Positions 35,278 through 49,151 of a DNA stretch of 64,000 bases are shown piece after piece. Position 1 is the first letter of the stretch. Each line of letters begins with the position of its first letter. Under the pieces are notes generated by a model. The model worked only from the letters and a program-made list of their open reading frames with translations, made no database searches and had not been told where the DNA came from. Made by a program: the position numbers and the translations under genes. Location of the stretch: NCBI GenBank assembly GCA_013115125.1, contig JABANN010000007.1, forward strand, positions 1 to 64,000. The letters run 5' to 3'. This stretch comes from Perkinsus olseni (lineage: Eukaryota).

Positions 35278-36459
35278 TCAGAACTCCCGGCCTGTTACTA
35301 CGAGTGGTGCCACAAGGGTCCATCCATACAAAAACGTCACAGTGACTGCCGCCGTCGGACAGAGCCACTCAGGCAGTACCCCCGTCATAGCTGGTCCCAA
35401 GTACAGGCCGATTAGGGTACCACACAAGTGGAGGAGTGCCAAAGACTTCGCCGTTTCACTGTCGGGAGGGTCTCGTTGACTCTGACTCGATTCGGGCTGG
35501 GCGACGTTCGTGAGCGATTCACTAAGGCGTACACTAGAGTCGTTCCCATTGACTGAGGCCCCTCCCTTAGCAGCTTTAGTCATGGCATAGATGGTGGTCA
35601 ATGCATAGAGCGTCCATCCAACTACCCCTTGCAGTCCAGAGGATGCTGACAACCAAGCCGAGTATGCGAACATGAGGGAAGAAGGGAGCAGCGCGCCGTG
35701 GGGAATGTACTCGGTCAGGGAAGCAACAAGACAAGCCACCTGTAGTAAAAGCACCACAGCGAACCACATACATCGAGTTAGACTAAGGTAGAAGTAGTAG
35801 CAACCGAACGCCAAGAATAATACAGAGGATAAGATAATAGCTGCAAACCAAACTCTACTTAGAGTTTCATTATCGCTGTACTCGTTCTCTGCGTTTTCCA
35901 CCCATGCCTCGTTCCAGGAGTACGCCAAATCAATGAGCATAACCTGTTGCATTAATACGTAAATAATACATGCTGGTACGAGTGTTACAAATAGGAAATG
36001 GAACATATCGTTAGGAGCAAAGCACAGGGCAAATGCTACCACTGGTATCATCACGAATTTGAGAACGAAGTACCGATTGTTGGCCCTTCGTGCCAAGCTA
36101 TCCCCACAGGTGCACAGGAGCAGGATGGTCACATGCATGAGTGTGTAAGTGAATGTTATTCGCTGAATAATGCCAGCATAAAAGCAGCCTTCGATCCCAA
36201 CCTCACCATCATCAACCCTCCTACATTCCCCTATACCAGGTAAGTAGCCAAACCACCACTGCAGGTCTTTATTGCTTCCAAATAGAGAACCCATGCTGAG
36301 GGCCAGAATGATAGTACAAAGATTGAGTATTAGATATCCAATTCTTGAGGCATCCTGCTTCAATGTACCGACTCCCAGTGCCTTCGCACAGCATGTGCCG
36401 GTGAGAGAGCCCAAGCAGGAGGTCAGGAAGGAGCCTGCCATCGAGAATATGGCTCCCAT
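35278..36459 (-). CDS. Serine incorporator (Serinc/TMS1) membrane protein, intronless
   Basis: Cys-rich N-terminus SCLG..CC, QQVMLIDLAYSWNE, GALLPSS, LYGWTLVAPLVVTGREF. Confidence 0.9.
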   Translation of the reverse strand: MGAIFSMAGSFLTSCLGSLTGTCCAKALGVGTLKQDASRIGYLILNLCTIILALSMGSLFGSNKDLQWWFGYLPGIGECRRVDDGEVGIEGCFYAGIIQRITFTYTLMHVTILLLCTCGDSLARRANNRYFVLKFVMIPVVAFALCFAPNDMFHFLFVTLVPACIIYVLMQQVMLIDLAYSWNEAWVENAENEYSDNETLSRVWFAAIILSSVLFLAFGCYYFYLSLTRCMWFAVVLLLQVACLVASLTEYIPHGALLPSSLMFAYSAWLSASSGLQGVVGWTLYALTTIYAMTKAAKGGASVNGNDSSVRLSESLTNVAQPESSQSQRDPPDSETAKSLALLHLCGTLIGLYLGPAMTGVLPEWLCPTAAVTVTFLYGWTLVAPLVVTGREF

Positions 36460-36732
36460 GATAGCTCAGTGAAACCTTCTGAACCCTAAGAGTGTGGTAT
36501 GCAGCTCCACTAATTATCGGACTAACGCGACATTTAGAAAGTATATAAATACTTGCAGCAAATAACCTAGAGCAATAACTTACAAGGATTACAGTAACAT
36601 CAAAAGCAATTGTACGAGCAGCATCATTGAGCCTTCAAGTGGCCCAGGCCTCGGTCTTAAGGATCCGTAACTTACTGTACAGTGGCCGTTAGAGAGCGGA
36701 TAGATAAAGAAAACAGTGCACATCGAGCTGAT

Positions 36733-37623
36733 CTACGCTGAGCCGAAATGAGCGTAGAAATCAACAGCGATAACGGCTGCACTACAAAGACCAGTTAGAG
36801 CTATAGTTCTAACAGGATCGTTGCCGAGCATGCGATGAGCCTCGGGCGCTATGTCCATAACTACGGCATACCCCATACATCCAGCAGCTGCTGCTAACCC
36901 TGTAGCAACTAAAGTTGGTGATACCGACAGTACACGTGTGGAGAGCAAGAACGCTGGCAGGGCCGAGATGGGCTGGGGCAAGTTAGCTATGAACGCGAAG
37001 ACTGTTCCTTCGAGAGGCGTCATGCCCTTGGCGATGAATGCCAAACAAAGGGCGGCGCCCTCGGGGATATTATGGATCGCTATGGAGCTGAAAACTAGTC
37101 CCCCAAGATGGGACTTATCCGAGGCTGATGATAAACCGAGGCAAAGGCCCTCTCCTAAGGAGTGGACCATCATTCCCAATAAAACGACTGCGGCTCTGCT
37201 AGCTCGGGCACCCTTCAATGAGCCAAGGTGCTCCAGAGGGTTGGCAGTAAAGAACTTGTCAACTGTTAGCATGAGGCTTACGCCAATAGCCAGACCGGTA
37301 GCGATCCCTAGGAGGTTAGAGCTAGTAGAGAAGGCTTCGCACATAAGTACCGTACTGCATCCAGTCATCATGCCTGCTGCTACAGCAACGCATACCTAAC
37401 AACAGGATGCTCTCAAGGTGTTCAACGAGAGACGGGAAAAACACTGCCTGCGCGCTTGACGGCGACCCCCCCCCAACCCTACTACCCCCGATATCTTGTC
37501 GTTCAAAGTTCCTATGATACCCAATGAAAAGGAACCGAGGAGAGTGGTGCCCGCTGTCAGACAGCAGTACAGAAGGAAGCCTGCAGCCGATATAGGAGCC
37601 TCCATGTCATGGTGTGGGGTCAT
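36733..37623 (-). CDS. ZIP family zinc transporter (ZupT/ZIP11-like), one intron near 37395-37483
   Basis: HSLGEG and IAIHNIPEG metal-site helices, multiple TM segments. Confidence 0.9.
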
Positions 37624-38128
37624 TGAGGAAGATAAGTGATGGCTGAGGGAATGAGCACTATTACCGACGACACAGTTGATCAGACCCGATCAGATCGACT
37701 TGGATGAACTGCTAGCGGAACTCATCTGTAGAGTTCTTATCACCAAAGTAACAATTTGCCCGCATCTTGCTCGTTGGGGTCGCAAGAACGCAACTCAGCG
37801 CATTTTTGATTTCCAGGGCGAGCGCTAAACCAAAAAGTCCCGGAAGAAGTTGGTGATTGGTGTTGGCTTATGACCATTAAGCGGCTCCATTCACATAGGC
37901 TTGGACGTCGAGCAGACAAGTCTAGGGACTTGCGACAGGAAGTCGGGTTCCCTGCATCCCATTCGGGAAATCATCCGATGTTTTAAGCATCGTTCGTGAT
38001 TTTTCTTTCGCACCTTGAGTCGCCCGTTCCACTTCATGAGTGTTGTGTTGATTAGTCAAGCTGCTGACGTGACGGCAGCGGCTTATAGGTTATGACCGGA
38101 TGTGCTCAGCACTGCTGAGTCAGCAGCG

Positions 38129-41100
38129 ATGGCTAACGCATGCATGGGATCGGTAGTTACTCGAGCTCCCAATCTGCATCAAATGAGCTCTTCAGTTGAC
38201 AGTGGCTCGACGCAGCCTACCTCAGCACAGAAGCGCCCTCGTACAGAGTCAATGGGCCACAGTGGGCGGGTTTACACGCCTGAGGGGCTGAAGCCCTATC
38301 TTGAGGTCATAGAGAGGTGCTGTTCTGATGATAACCTGATGGAGCCAACGGTTGCCTGCTTGAGTAACGATGATGCACGCAAAGCATTTGACGATATTAC
38401 CGGGGCCGCAGGGAGGCAGACATGGTAGGCCGAATGGCAATGCCTTCGGGAGGAGCTTTTATGACGGCAGCCGTTGGGATAGCTCACACTTCTTCAGGCA
38501 GAACTACGGCAAGCTTACTGTTCATCTCCCCCAACTGGAGTCATTAGTGTCTATTATCCTCAAGAGATTTCAACCCGGAGAAGATACTTTGCTGTTCGAG
38601 CTCGGGGCCGGCAAGGGACTCCTGGGAAGGATGGTGTCGGATATGTCTGGCTGCAGGTGATAAGAGTTTAGACCCATGGCTGTCCTGTCTGATTTGCTGT
38701 TGATCAGGCATCTAGCGTTAGACTGTCGGAACATTACAAGTGGTTACGACGGAGAAGAAGTAAATGAGGAATGCAAAGATGATGGAAGCGAGAGGTCAGA
38801 GGAGTGCAATGATGAGAGGGAGGGACCAGAGGAGGCTTCAAGTGGAGCTGGAAAGACTATAAGGGTGATACTCGGCGTGGTCTTGTCTCTACTTCGGTTG
38901 GACTAAACTCTGCCACAGAGACGGATCTCCGCGCCTGTACTCGTGTTCCGCGTCCAGTGAGTTCTGTGTAAGGCGACCTAAAAATTGTGAGGTGTGCCCT
39001 ACCTGAATCATTCTCGGTATAGCGCTCAGGGGAAATGGCAACTTAGCTTGTGCAGCGCAGGCTGTGCTCCGCATTGGGCCTTGTTCAGTTCCGTATATAG
39101 ACGCCCGATTTGTGGCTGTTAGCTATTGTCGTTGTCGCCTTCTTGGAGGAAGAGGTTATCCGTGTTACTACTACTATACAGGTACGGGCAGATGTCACTG
39201 CCACCGATCTACGGGCCGTAGTCGACGCTCAATGCGAGAAGATGAAGGAGGATGGCATTAAGAACCCTAAGGTGGTAATATGCTAGCCATCTGCTCTTGA
39301 GGTCTTTGTCGGAAGGTACTCTTCATTGCTAAGCACTTGTGTGGCAATGGCACTGATGCCGCTGTGGAAGGCATCGCCCCTCTACTCCGACCTAATGCTG
39401 GGGGCACCGACTGGACGGTGCGAGGAGCAGTCCTAGCACCCTGCTGCCACCCAAAAGCTAAACTCGATGCTTTCGCATGTAGCCACGGGCTGGTAATGAG
39501 ATAGAGCTTAATGCTGAGGACCTCAGGCCTGGAGTCTGACTTGTCTACAATGGACCAGCTGGAGGGAGGATCTGGACACGAGTGGCGGAAGCAGGTGTGG
39601 GACATTCTAATGCAGCTTTTGTAGTAGTTCATAATCGTCAAGGGGGAGAGGACTAAACCTGTCGCTCACGCAGGTATATGTCTAAGCTGGGAGGAGCTTT
39701 GAAACCCTCGGATTGCAGCTCATGGTCAGCCATTACCTCATCCTTCACTTACTCTCAATTACGTGAGAATCCCATGGGCGACTATGCTGGCCTGTCTCTG
39801 TGCTCGTACGCGCACGAGGTCGTGGGCTGGTCCTTCAATCGTTGATACCTCCTCGCGTTACCTGCATAGTCCACTTCAGGCCGACTTGGTCGGAGGTGTC
39901 GTTTGTTTTTGGAGTCGGCCAGAGGGCGCAAGCTCGTATCTGAGGGCGCCGCCGGTGCTGTGGAACTTGTCCAGTAACAAGGCACTCGTCCGAGTGTGGT
40001 AGAGTTATCACCTCCGAGTAGATACGCGCCTCAAAATGTCACACCCGACAACCTGGCAATAGTCTATGATGCTGCTGGCAAGTACGACATGGCGTGGAAC
40101 CCCGTGTTCCCGGGGGCCGTCGTCATTAGAGTAGTCTCCGTGGTGGTAGTCTGGATGAGGGGGCGATCGCTGCCTGCAGGTTTTGATGGATCAGAGCAGT
40201 AAGAAGACGGTCACGCTTCCCAAGCGGCTCTCGGAGTACATTCTAGGGATGAAGTCAAAGGATACAGAATGGCAGAAGCTGGTCAAGTGAGGGGGCGTGG
40301 ATGGCGGTATACGGATCGTCCAGTGTTTCACTTATGCTCATCAACGCATCATACTTCAGATTAGCATATCCCATCTCAATCTCGGATCTCGAGTGTAGTT
40401 CTCCTAGCGGCTGCGTGCAGATAGAGTCGGCTGCCTTGGTGCTGGCGCATGATAAGAGTCAAGTGGTAGTATTGGGTCGTATGGGCGGGATCGGCGAGGC
40501 GTCGCATGCCATGAACCACAATACGCATTGGACGTGGAGATCGATGCAACTAGGCATACTATTCCCCTTCCCATTGTGGTACCGGCATGTAGTAATTATG
40601 CAGGATTATGCATAGACAGTACCCCACTGACCTGAGTAGAAATGTTCAACTACCCATCAGTAGATTCTGCACATTATAACCCTGCTCAGTCACTGTAGGC
40701 GCACCCTCCTCTAACATTCGTTTATAGTGTACAGTGGGCCACTGTACACTGAGAGTACCACTCGAGTAATGGATGGTCTAACCGTAGTCAGTGATATGCA
40801 CTGAGAACTACCGGCTTTGTGCTCATCATAGTCGTCTCTAAGCTTCAAATGCGCAGGGCCGGTAGACACACTGCTTTGGCTTATCATGTTGGCGGCCTTC
40901 TCGCAGGCACCCCTCATTTCCTTACTCGTGAAGGATCCGCTGGTCAAGAGGGTTGTGTCCATGATGTATCCGATCACACACTTAGAGGGAGACGGCCATG
41001 TTATCTCACCAGACCTTCCACCAGACCAGTTACCCATCCGAACTTGTGCTGCTCCCAACTCTCTACAGCTTAACAAGCACATATGCAGCGGTAAGCTACA

Positions 41101-42400
41101 GCAGTCCAATGCGCCTTTACCTGCCTTATCAGATGAGAACTGTGGAAAGGAAGGAGTCGTCTGTACTAAGCTGAGCCCGACGAAGTTCGTGAGCGTGTAC
41201 TCTGGTGTCCAGTTCATCGATAGTATCGATCCATGGCCGGTAGACGCAAAGCCTACATGCTGTGAGTAGCACGACGCTCGGTGCACTAATGACCCTGCTT
41301 AATGATCTGGGCCTAAGGTACTTTTGGGTGGTCCATAGTCCCCCGTACAGAATGGGATCCCTCTCTCCTGAGGAAGACACAGACCGCCAAGTGAGTCCGG
41401 ATACCACTCTTGTGGATGGTGGCCTTGCTGTGCGAGACGGATTGGATCTCAACTGCTGCTTAGCTGGTGCCATGCCCATCAACCGCCGTTGAGGGCTCCA
41501 CTCGTGAATAGTTGCCGCTCACTGCAGTTGCTCGCGTGCTGCGCATGCTGTTATTGTCATCACGCTCGGCCGCTTTGACGTAGATACGCCGCTCGCGTGT
41601 ATGAGCTGACAACGCGATTCGGCGTCAACATATCAAGCGACACGCGATTCTACATGATATGCGATAAGAAGAAGGACAGAGCCGAGCTTGAAGAAGCTAT
41701 AGAGTCCCGTGGAGGTGCTGCTGCTACTGCTGCTGCTGCTGCTGCACGAATAGCTCGTCATGCCTCTCGGGAAACTCCCAGTCGGGGCTCGGTCTGTCCT
41801 GGCGCATTCTCAGGAGATCTTCCTCATGATCTGTGTCTCAGGAGTCCTGGTTGATGATCTGAGTGATGCCAATCTCCTTGTGGTGGAGATCCCTAGCCAG
41901 AGGCATGATGCAATACTGCGCCGTACTAGCGAGGCGCTTCAGGTAAGATTAACCTCAACTTGAGCGACCCAAGGGTTCATCATCACGGGCCTTCGTGGCT
42001 CCCATCTCGCCATGTGATGGCAGGCTTGTGAAGACGGCACTACGGTTGTTGCTCGACTGAATGTCAATGGTATCCGAGGGCACACCCTGAAGAAACAAGA
42101 CAAGGACCTTCGCAAACTAACGGTGAGCTGCCGCTTCACAATGCTGCTCTTTGTTAGATCTCGCTTTCGGCAGTGATGGGACATGCTCGTGTGTCGCCAT
42201 TATTATTATTCCAGGTCGGCGCCGTCCGCAGCACCTGCGTCGATATCCGCATCAATCACCTAGTTACTGATAAGGAATTAGAACGTGAGTCTTCCCCTTA
42301 TCTCCTTGATCTCCTTAGTCTTCACGACTTCTGCGACGTCGTATTCCCAAGGTACACTACTCACGACTGTGAAGCACAGGTCGCCGGCAACCCAAGACTG
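38129..42400 (+). CDS. TRM13: Trm13-like tRNA:m4X methyltransferase with a long C-terminal extension, multi-exon (3' end approximate)
   Basis: QLESL, FELGAGKGLL, IAKHLCGNGTD, APCCH, GRRCRLFLE..R, VTPDNLAI; the reading frame continues past the Trm13 domain. Confidence 0.75.
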
Positions 42401-42621
42401 AGGAGCTCTCGTCTATTCACTACGTGTTCATCGGTTTCTTCTTATACCGGTAGCACTGTGTTCTCCTAGATTTGATCCAATATGGTGGCTTGGAGGGACT
42501 GGATTTAGAAAGAGACGCTGATCCAGATGGTTGTCATGGCTCAGTCACCGTTTTGTCTTCTTCTGTTGTTGTTGTCTTCTCCTGCATAATATAGTGCAGT
42601 ATAGTGAGTAGTAGTATCATC

Positions 42622-45600
42622 ATGTGGGATTGGAAGAAGGTCACTACTGCCTACAATAAAGTCGCCAATTCCGAGTTTGTCAACCAATCCTTGCAATCGT
42701 TACAGGATGCAAAGGCGAAGGTGAGGCTCTTCCTCAAGGATGGAGAGACATAGTTATGGCCATCAGGTGGATACGGCCTTCGAGGAGGCGATGAAGCAGA
42801 ATGCTGCTCAGCTTCCACAAGGCTCCTCAACGTCATCATCATCATCAACAGCGGCACGCTACCATGGCGACCAGCTCACCGTGGCCCCAGCGTTCGACTC
42901 GGATTTCCCTGTCCTTGGGCCATCACCTGCGCCGCCTTCCGCACGGCAGGAGTGCTCTCCTCGCCGGGAAGTGCCCAAGGCTCGGGAAGCTCGGAGATCC
43001 GGTAGAAAGGCGGATCGAAGCTCCCTGCCAGGCACAGACTGTCCTATCAGGTGAGCCGACGACACAACAGAACGCCTCCAAGGGCCTCTTCGACGATGAC
43101 GAGTTCGACGTTTTCATGTTGGGGGAAGGAGACACCAGCCATGCTGCCCAGAGCAGCGACCTCACATCTGCGCCACACCCCAAGCATGACGAAGCCAGTT
43201 TGGTGAAGGATAGCAGCCTATCGCCTGACGCATTACGTAGACCATCACCGTCAAGCATAAGTAGCAACGTCCAAGACATCCTCAACACTACGGGCTCGTG
43301 GAATGGCGGAGGGTCATCAGGGGTGCAAACAGCAGCAGCATCAGCAGCAGATGAGCCCTCGTCTGGAGGGCACCTCGTCAGTAATGATCTGCCGTCGGGA
43401 AGCGAGAGGGAATCTTCACAGCCCTCATCCGCCACTCCCATAACAGTAGAGGCCCTGGTCGAGAGTGGCAAGGATGTAGAGGGGCATCGTCATCATACGG
43501 AGAGCCCCCAGCTGGCCCTGGCTGCGAGGGAAGCACCCACTGCGATGACGACAAGCAGTGCTCACCTTGAGGATCAGGCGGTGGCTCCGGCCGCACTCAG
43601 TGGGAGCGAAGGTAGCACTGGCACAATGCCCCAGACGACGGAGAGGGGAGCAGAGGTTGTTCAGGAGGGAACACCTCTACCGGGGGAGCCTGCGAGTCCA
43701 TTGAACGAGGATAATACTTCCTTGTCCAACGGGTCCAAGACCGAATTGAAGCCCAATAATGAGCCCAGCGAGGCCGAGCTGGAGCTCAGCGATGAACAAA
43801 TCGTCCCCTCTAGCCAGGAACCTCTTCTACAGTTTCAACCGGTCGATGCGTACACAGCATCGACTGATGCGCTTGTTTCTGTGGAGACGATTCAAGCACC
43901 TCGACCAACCGAGCCATCTGCCGACCAAGTGAGTTCGGAAAACGCTGGGCCTGATGATACCGCCACCCTCCCATCGGGGACGCCATCGGGTGAGCTACCT
44001 GCTAGTGCTGACGAGAGCTTCACACCCCCCGAAGTACCGGCGTTGGGAGGCCCTTCCGATATAGAAGATGCGGATGGAGACCAACGGGGTACTGCTGCTG
44101 GTGATGAGCCTGCTGAGAGTTGTGATGCGCAATCACAAAGCCTACATGCAATGAGCCACAAGGAGTCGACAGTTTATGAGATCGCCGGGCCCACATCGGA
44201 GGCACAGGCAACGTCAGGTGGTTCGATTCCATCTGAACCTGAAAGTCGTCCTAAGGATGTTGCTTCTAGTGAGGATGATATGGAGAGTGGCGTCGAACCT
44301 ACCGATGGGGATGCTGATACAGAGGAGGCACCGAAGGAGATTGGAGAAGACTTGACGGGCCGGCTCAACGCAGAGGCCACCGACGCGACCGCTCTTAGTG
44401 AAATCGATGACCGTTCGCCTGGACTATCAGGTGTCAACGAGATACCATCGGATTCTCACATTGGGGTATCAGAGGGAGGGGAGGCTGCCATCGATACTGA
44501 TTCGGGTTCGGGGTTTGCCCAGAGGTCTGTGAGGTCGGATTCCCAATGCCGAGCGTCCCAAAACGAAGAGTTGCCCGGCCTCGTTGCGAAGTCCCAGAGC
44601 CCTTCACGTCGACGAGATACCTCTGCCATGTCCGACAGTGGAGACAAATTGAACTCTGAGCGTGATGAAGAGGTGAGGAGTCAGGGAGTGGACGATAGCG
44701 GAGCAGAGGGGACCGACCTGAGCCCCAGGGACATGTCGGAAGGGGAGGATAATGATGCGAGTGCTGCCGCGGAGAGCTCGGAGGGCGGTTCTCGCGGTGC
44801 GCTAGAGACAGCCACCACGGCTGTCGATGTCGGCGACGAAAGTTGCCCTGCGACACAAGCTGATCCGGAGTTGTTGATCACGGCCGCAGAAGGTGCAACT
44901 TCGGTTGCGGCGAGAGGCAGCTGTCCTGAGCAGACCTCTACTAGTGAACAGGAGGGAGCTAGTGGCATAGCAGGGCCACAGCAATCTGAGGACGAGATGC
45001 GAGAGGCGACAGCAGGGCATGGTGATACTTCCGGCACTGGCAAATGTGCGTATGTTGGAGAGGCTCCATCGGAGATACTGGAGGGGATCGATATCCCTGA
45101 GTTGCCTGGTTCAGCTGCTGCTGCTGCTGGTCCCACGCAAGAGTACAGTGCGTCAGCCCCGGCCGTTGAGGGAGAGGATGTTGAATACGATGACTTGGGC
45201 CCTGTCGGACGAAGGCTTATGAGCATGGAAGGATTCATCGACACGGTCAGGGACAGAGCTGGCTCGACCTTCAGCAGTCGAGCAAGATCCAGCAGCGACA
45301 CGGGGAGAGAACAAGCGAAGATGACCGGTCCGAGGGAGGACGAACCATCAGTGCTCGAGGACCTGACGAGCAACCTTCTGGAGGACAGCAAAGGCAGCGG
45401 TGAAGACGTGGAGCATATAGTACTAGGCGAGGGGTCTCCTGCGGTAGTAGACGCCAACGAAGGCGAGGACGCAGGGCATAGCTCCACGGGAGAGTCGAGA
45501 AGTGGAGAGGAGCACGAAGTGGACTTGGTTGGACTGGAGTCCTCGGAAGGCAGAGACGCCCTCATCAATAGCTTGCGGGATGAAGTCGAGGAACTAAAGT

Positions 45601-48093
45601 CGCGGTTGAGGAGTCGAGAAGAGCAGCTCGAAGCACACGCCAAGTGAGGGCTCCTGCTTCTCGGACAGTGTTTCCTATGTGGATTGCATTCAGGACTATG
45701 CAGATGATACTCGAGGAAGGGAACAAAGCTGAAGTAGAATGGCCGTGGTTGTCAGGCTGAACTAAGCCGGATGCGTACTAGAAACATCCTCAGGTTAACA
45801 GCCAAGCCTTCCGAGATCTGGAGAGCATGTTTTACGCCACCACTGAGGAGCTTAGTACGCCTGTACCTGCCTCTCCATCTTGTTATGGAGGGACGTATGC
45901 ATGCAGGTGACGTGAAGGCTGTTGCGGCTACTAGAGAGAAGCACATTCTTAAACTCCAAGAGGATGTTCGTGTGCAAAGCCAGGAAGCTGAGGACGCCAG
46001 GGAGGAGACGCAGCGTAATAACGCCATCGACAGTACCCCCAGGGGCTATCACTGTGAGGTGTCGAAGCATAGTTCTTAAGGCATGGCCCATGGATTAATC
46101 CCGCCAGATTGGAGCTCAGCCATAGGATGGCGAGGTTCAGGTATCCTAGAGGAAGGTAAAAAGCTCGCCCAGCGGCTGGCGAACCTGGAGCAGAAGCAGA
46201 AGTCTCGACTACAGCAACTTGAAGCCGCTAAGAAAGAGAAGGAGAAGTTGAGAGCTGAGCTGGACAATGCACAGCAAAAGTCCGTCATGATCGAATGCGA
46301 GGGGAGCTGATTATGCTTCCTGGATTCCAGATTCAAGGATCTTGGTGATGCCTCCGCAGAGTCGGCTGCTTTAAGAGAGCAGATGCAGAAGGACAGACAG
46401 AAGATGAAGGCTCATTTGGCTAGCGTAGTGGCAGAGAAGAACAAAGCTGAGGTAGGTTGGGAGCCATTCAAAGATGGCATCCTCATGCTCACCATCAGGG
46501 CGATCTAGCGGCTGCAAAAGAGAAGATCAACCAGTATCAGCGGGAGAAGGAAGATTTGCTCAGTGGGCAGAAGCTCACTGAATCGGAGTTGGAGAGGGTG
46601 AGGTGGAGATGGGACTCGGTCATTCTAGTGTTATTCGGCAATCGTGTTGGTCTGGCGAGCAGTCCTCCTCAATTTTCAAAGATCACACTGTTGATGCAGG
46701 CAAGTGCGGAGCTCTCGGCTACCGAGAAAGAGCTTCTGTCCTCCCAGAGGCAGTCTGCAGAGGAAATAGATAGACTACAGACAGAACTAGAGGAGACCCA
46801 ACGGGCACTGACTAAGAGTAAGGCAGGAAGCTAGAAGCCAACTCCCAGCCCATAAGCATCATGCCGGCTGTAGGCCAGTCTGGCAGTGAGAGCGGTACAT
46901 ATGGCACTCTGACATCGGGCGAGCAACGGGCAGTGGATGCCGAAGCCGAGCGTGACTCGCTCCAGGTGGAGCTCGGGAACACCCGGAGGGAGGTAGGCCT
47001 GCCTCGTGGATATCACCACCAATCTTTCGTTTTACACGTATGTCTTCCTTGTCGTCTGTTATTCAGTTGTCTGACGCTCGAGGGAAACTGGAATCATCGA
47101 AAGACGAGGCCAGTGAACTACGGAAGGAAATTTCGTCCCTCAAGGTGGAGGTTGAGAAGTTGAAGGCCGTACAAGCAGACAAGGATGAGGATGCAGCACG
47201 TTTATCGCATGCTCTCGAAGAGGTGGGCAGCAGTGAATTTCTCGGCTCGCCAGAGACCGCTGAGATCCCTTCCTCTAGGTCAGTCGACTCCAAGGCCAGC
47301 TACGGCAGAGTGAAGCGAGAGTGTCGGAGGTCGCGGGAAAGCTGAGGTAAGCCAACGCCGCCTGGGTGGACTACCTTCTCGGATTTGCTTTTGAGTGAGT
47401 TTCATCTTTCGTGTGGTCTGGTAGCACAAGGGGACTTGATAAAATGTCTGCCCGGGGTTTTCAGGAGCTCCGAAACCGAGAAACGCACTACTGTGGAAGA
47501 AGCACGGACCGCGAAGCTCCGAGTGGAGGAGCTAGAGGAGCAGCTGAAGGCAGCTCAGAAAGGTCTACAGGAGGCACAGTCTAAGAGTGAGGAAGGGGAA
47601 AGGCTTGATGGCGTTAGCTACGTTTCATCACTTCATTTTGATGGCGTCGGATCATTTTTCCTTCAGCCCAGCAGCAACCTGGTAAGCACCCTCTCTCGGA
47701 GTCTACCTCAGTGGAGCCCTCATTCACACGGAGTAGGTCACAATACGCGATACACATGAAGGCTATGCCTTGCATCATGGGGAGATGACAGGAGTTCTGC
47801 CCACTTTCTCGGGTGTCTCGTCAGATACTGCTTCATCCTCGTCGTATGCACCAAGGGGAGGGCTTGAACTGGAAAGGCACTGCAAGGAGGTGAGCCGCAG
47901 CAGCAGTTCCGGCTCGATATGTGTGAATACCTATCTTCAGTTGGAGAGGAAGTTCGAGGTATCCCTACAAGCACTGGGTCAGCTACAAGAAGAGCTTGAC
48001 GAGTCCAAGGAGGTTGCTGCCATGTACAAGTCAATGTTGAGAAGCCAAGTTGAGGACGACACGGCGTCTACCTCTCGCCGGCACCAACCGTGA
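42622..48093 (+). CDS. TMF1/Sgm1-like coiled-coil golgin with a very long acidic disordered region, multi-exon
   Basis: ILEEGKKLAQR (TMF DNA-binding-like) and FEVSLQALGQLQEELDE..MYKSML (TMF TATA-binding-like); many coiled-coil exons. Confidence 0.75.
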
Positions 48094-49151
48094 ACAGTCC
48101 CCCGTTTTATCGAATGTCACACTTGGACATCATAAACTTGAATCATTGGTTGTTGTTGTTGTGGTCTCCCTCCTTCTGTTTACCTACCGGCTTTAGTTCA
48201 CCTATGGACACTGGAACACTACACAGGGGAGGTTATCTGACGATGGTCATGTGTTCATGCATGATGAGCAGCGGCCACCAGACTACAGTACAGGTTCGGA
48301 GGCGATCTGATAACAATAAGCAAGGGCTCATCTGCAACTACTAGAAGTATCTCACTCTCCTTATTTGATCATTAGTAATTGATGTATGATAGTTGGTCAT
48401 GTTATTCCCTCCATAAATGTACCTGAATAAGGAGGAGGGGATTGCCCCTTACCTATCCTCCATAACACTGTCTACAGAACCCCGAACTTACCTAGCCTTC
48501 CCAGCAGCCCCCTTATAGGTTTCGCATACAGCTCGGATGTAATCGTTATAAAACGTCCCTAACTCAACCACTTCGAGTCGGTCGATTTTCTGGTGTCCCA
48601 CCGTAAGGCATTCGCTTGGCTTTCTCAGCGAGTCTGCTGGTGGTCACGTCCCGTACCCCCAACCACTTCTCCGTGTCACAGCTCCTCTGTCGGTGCCGTC
48701 GCCCGGTTGAACGCTGCGATGATGATGAGCGGGCAGTGTAGGAATGGTTCTTCCTCAGTAGGCCGCAGTCAATGAGCGGGAACCTGAGCGTCGCCCTCCT
48801 GCTTCAAGGGTATGCCTTCCCTCACTTATAAACATTCTCGATCGTCCTTCCCCCATCACTAAGTGGATGGTATCTATGAGGCCAGTAGCCTCGGTCACAT
48901 GCCTGTGACGATCATGCCAGGAATCAACCTACCGTGTTGGTGTGCACCTACCTCCCTCCATAACATATCTCGACGAGCTGGTGTCCCAGTGTCGGATGGC
49001 CAGAAGTTAGCTATACCGACACGTGCCATAACAGACAGGATTCGTGACAACTGCTACCCCCTTACCCCACTCCGTATGGACACGACACCACTACTGACGT
49101 TGGTAACATCTCCCACTTTTGGCATCGCGCATCATGCTACACGAGTTACTC

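Noticed and set aside
41716-41745. (GCT)n run; also (GAT)n near 12352 and (TCT)n near 23295
   Set aside because: Ordinary microsatellites in an exon or intron.
44681-45643. 320-aa Ser-rich minus-strand ORF and similar antisense ORFs (42923..43471, 52610..53248, 36851..37399)
   Set aside because: These are shadow frames of well-supported genes on the opposite strand.
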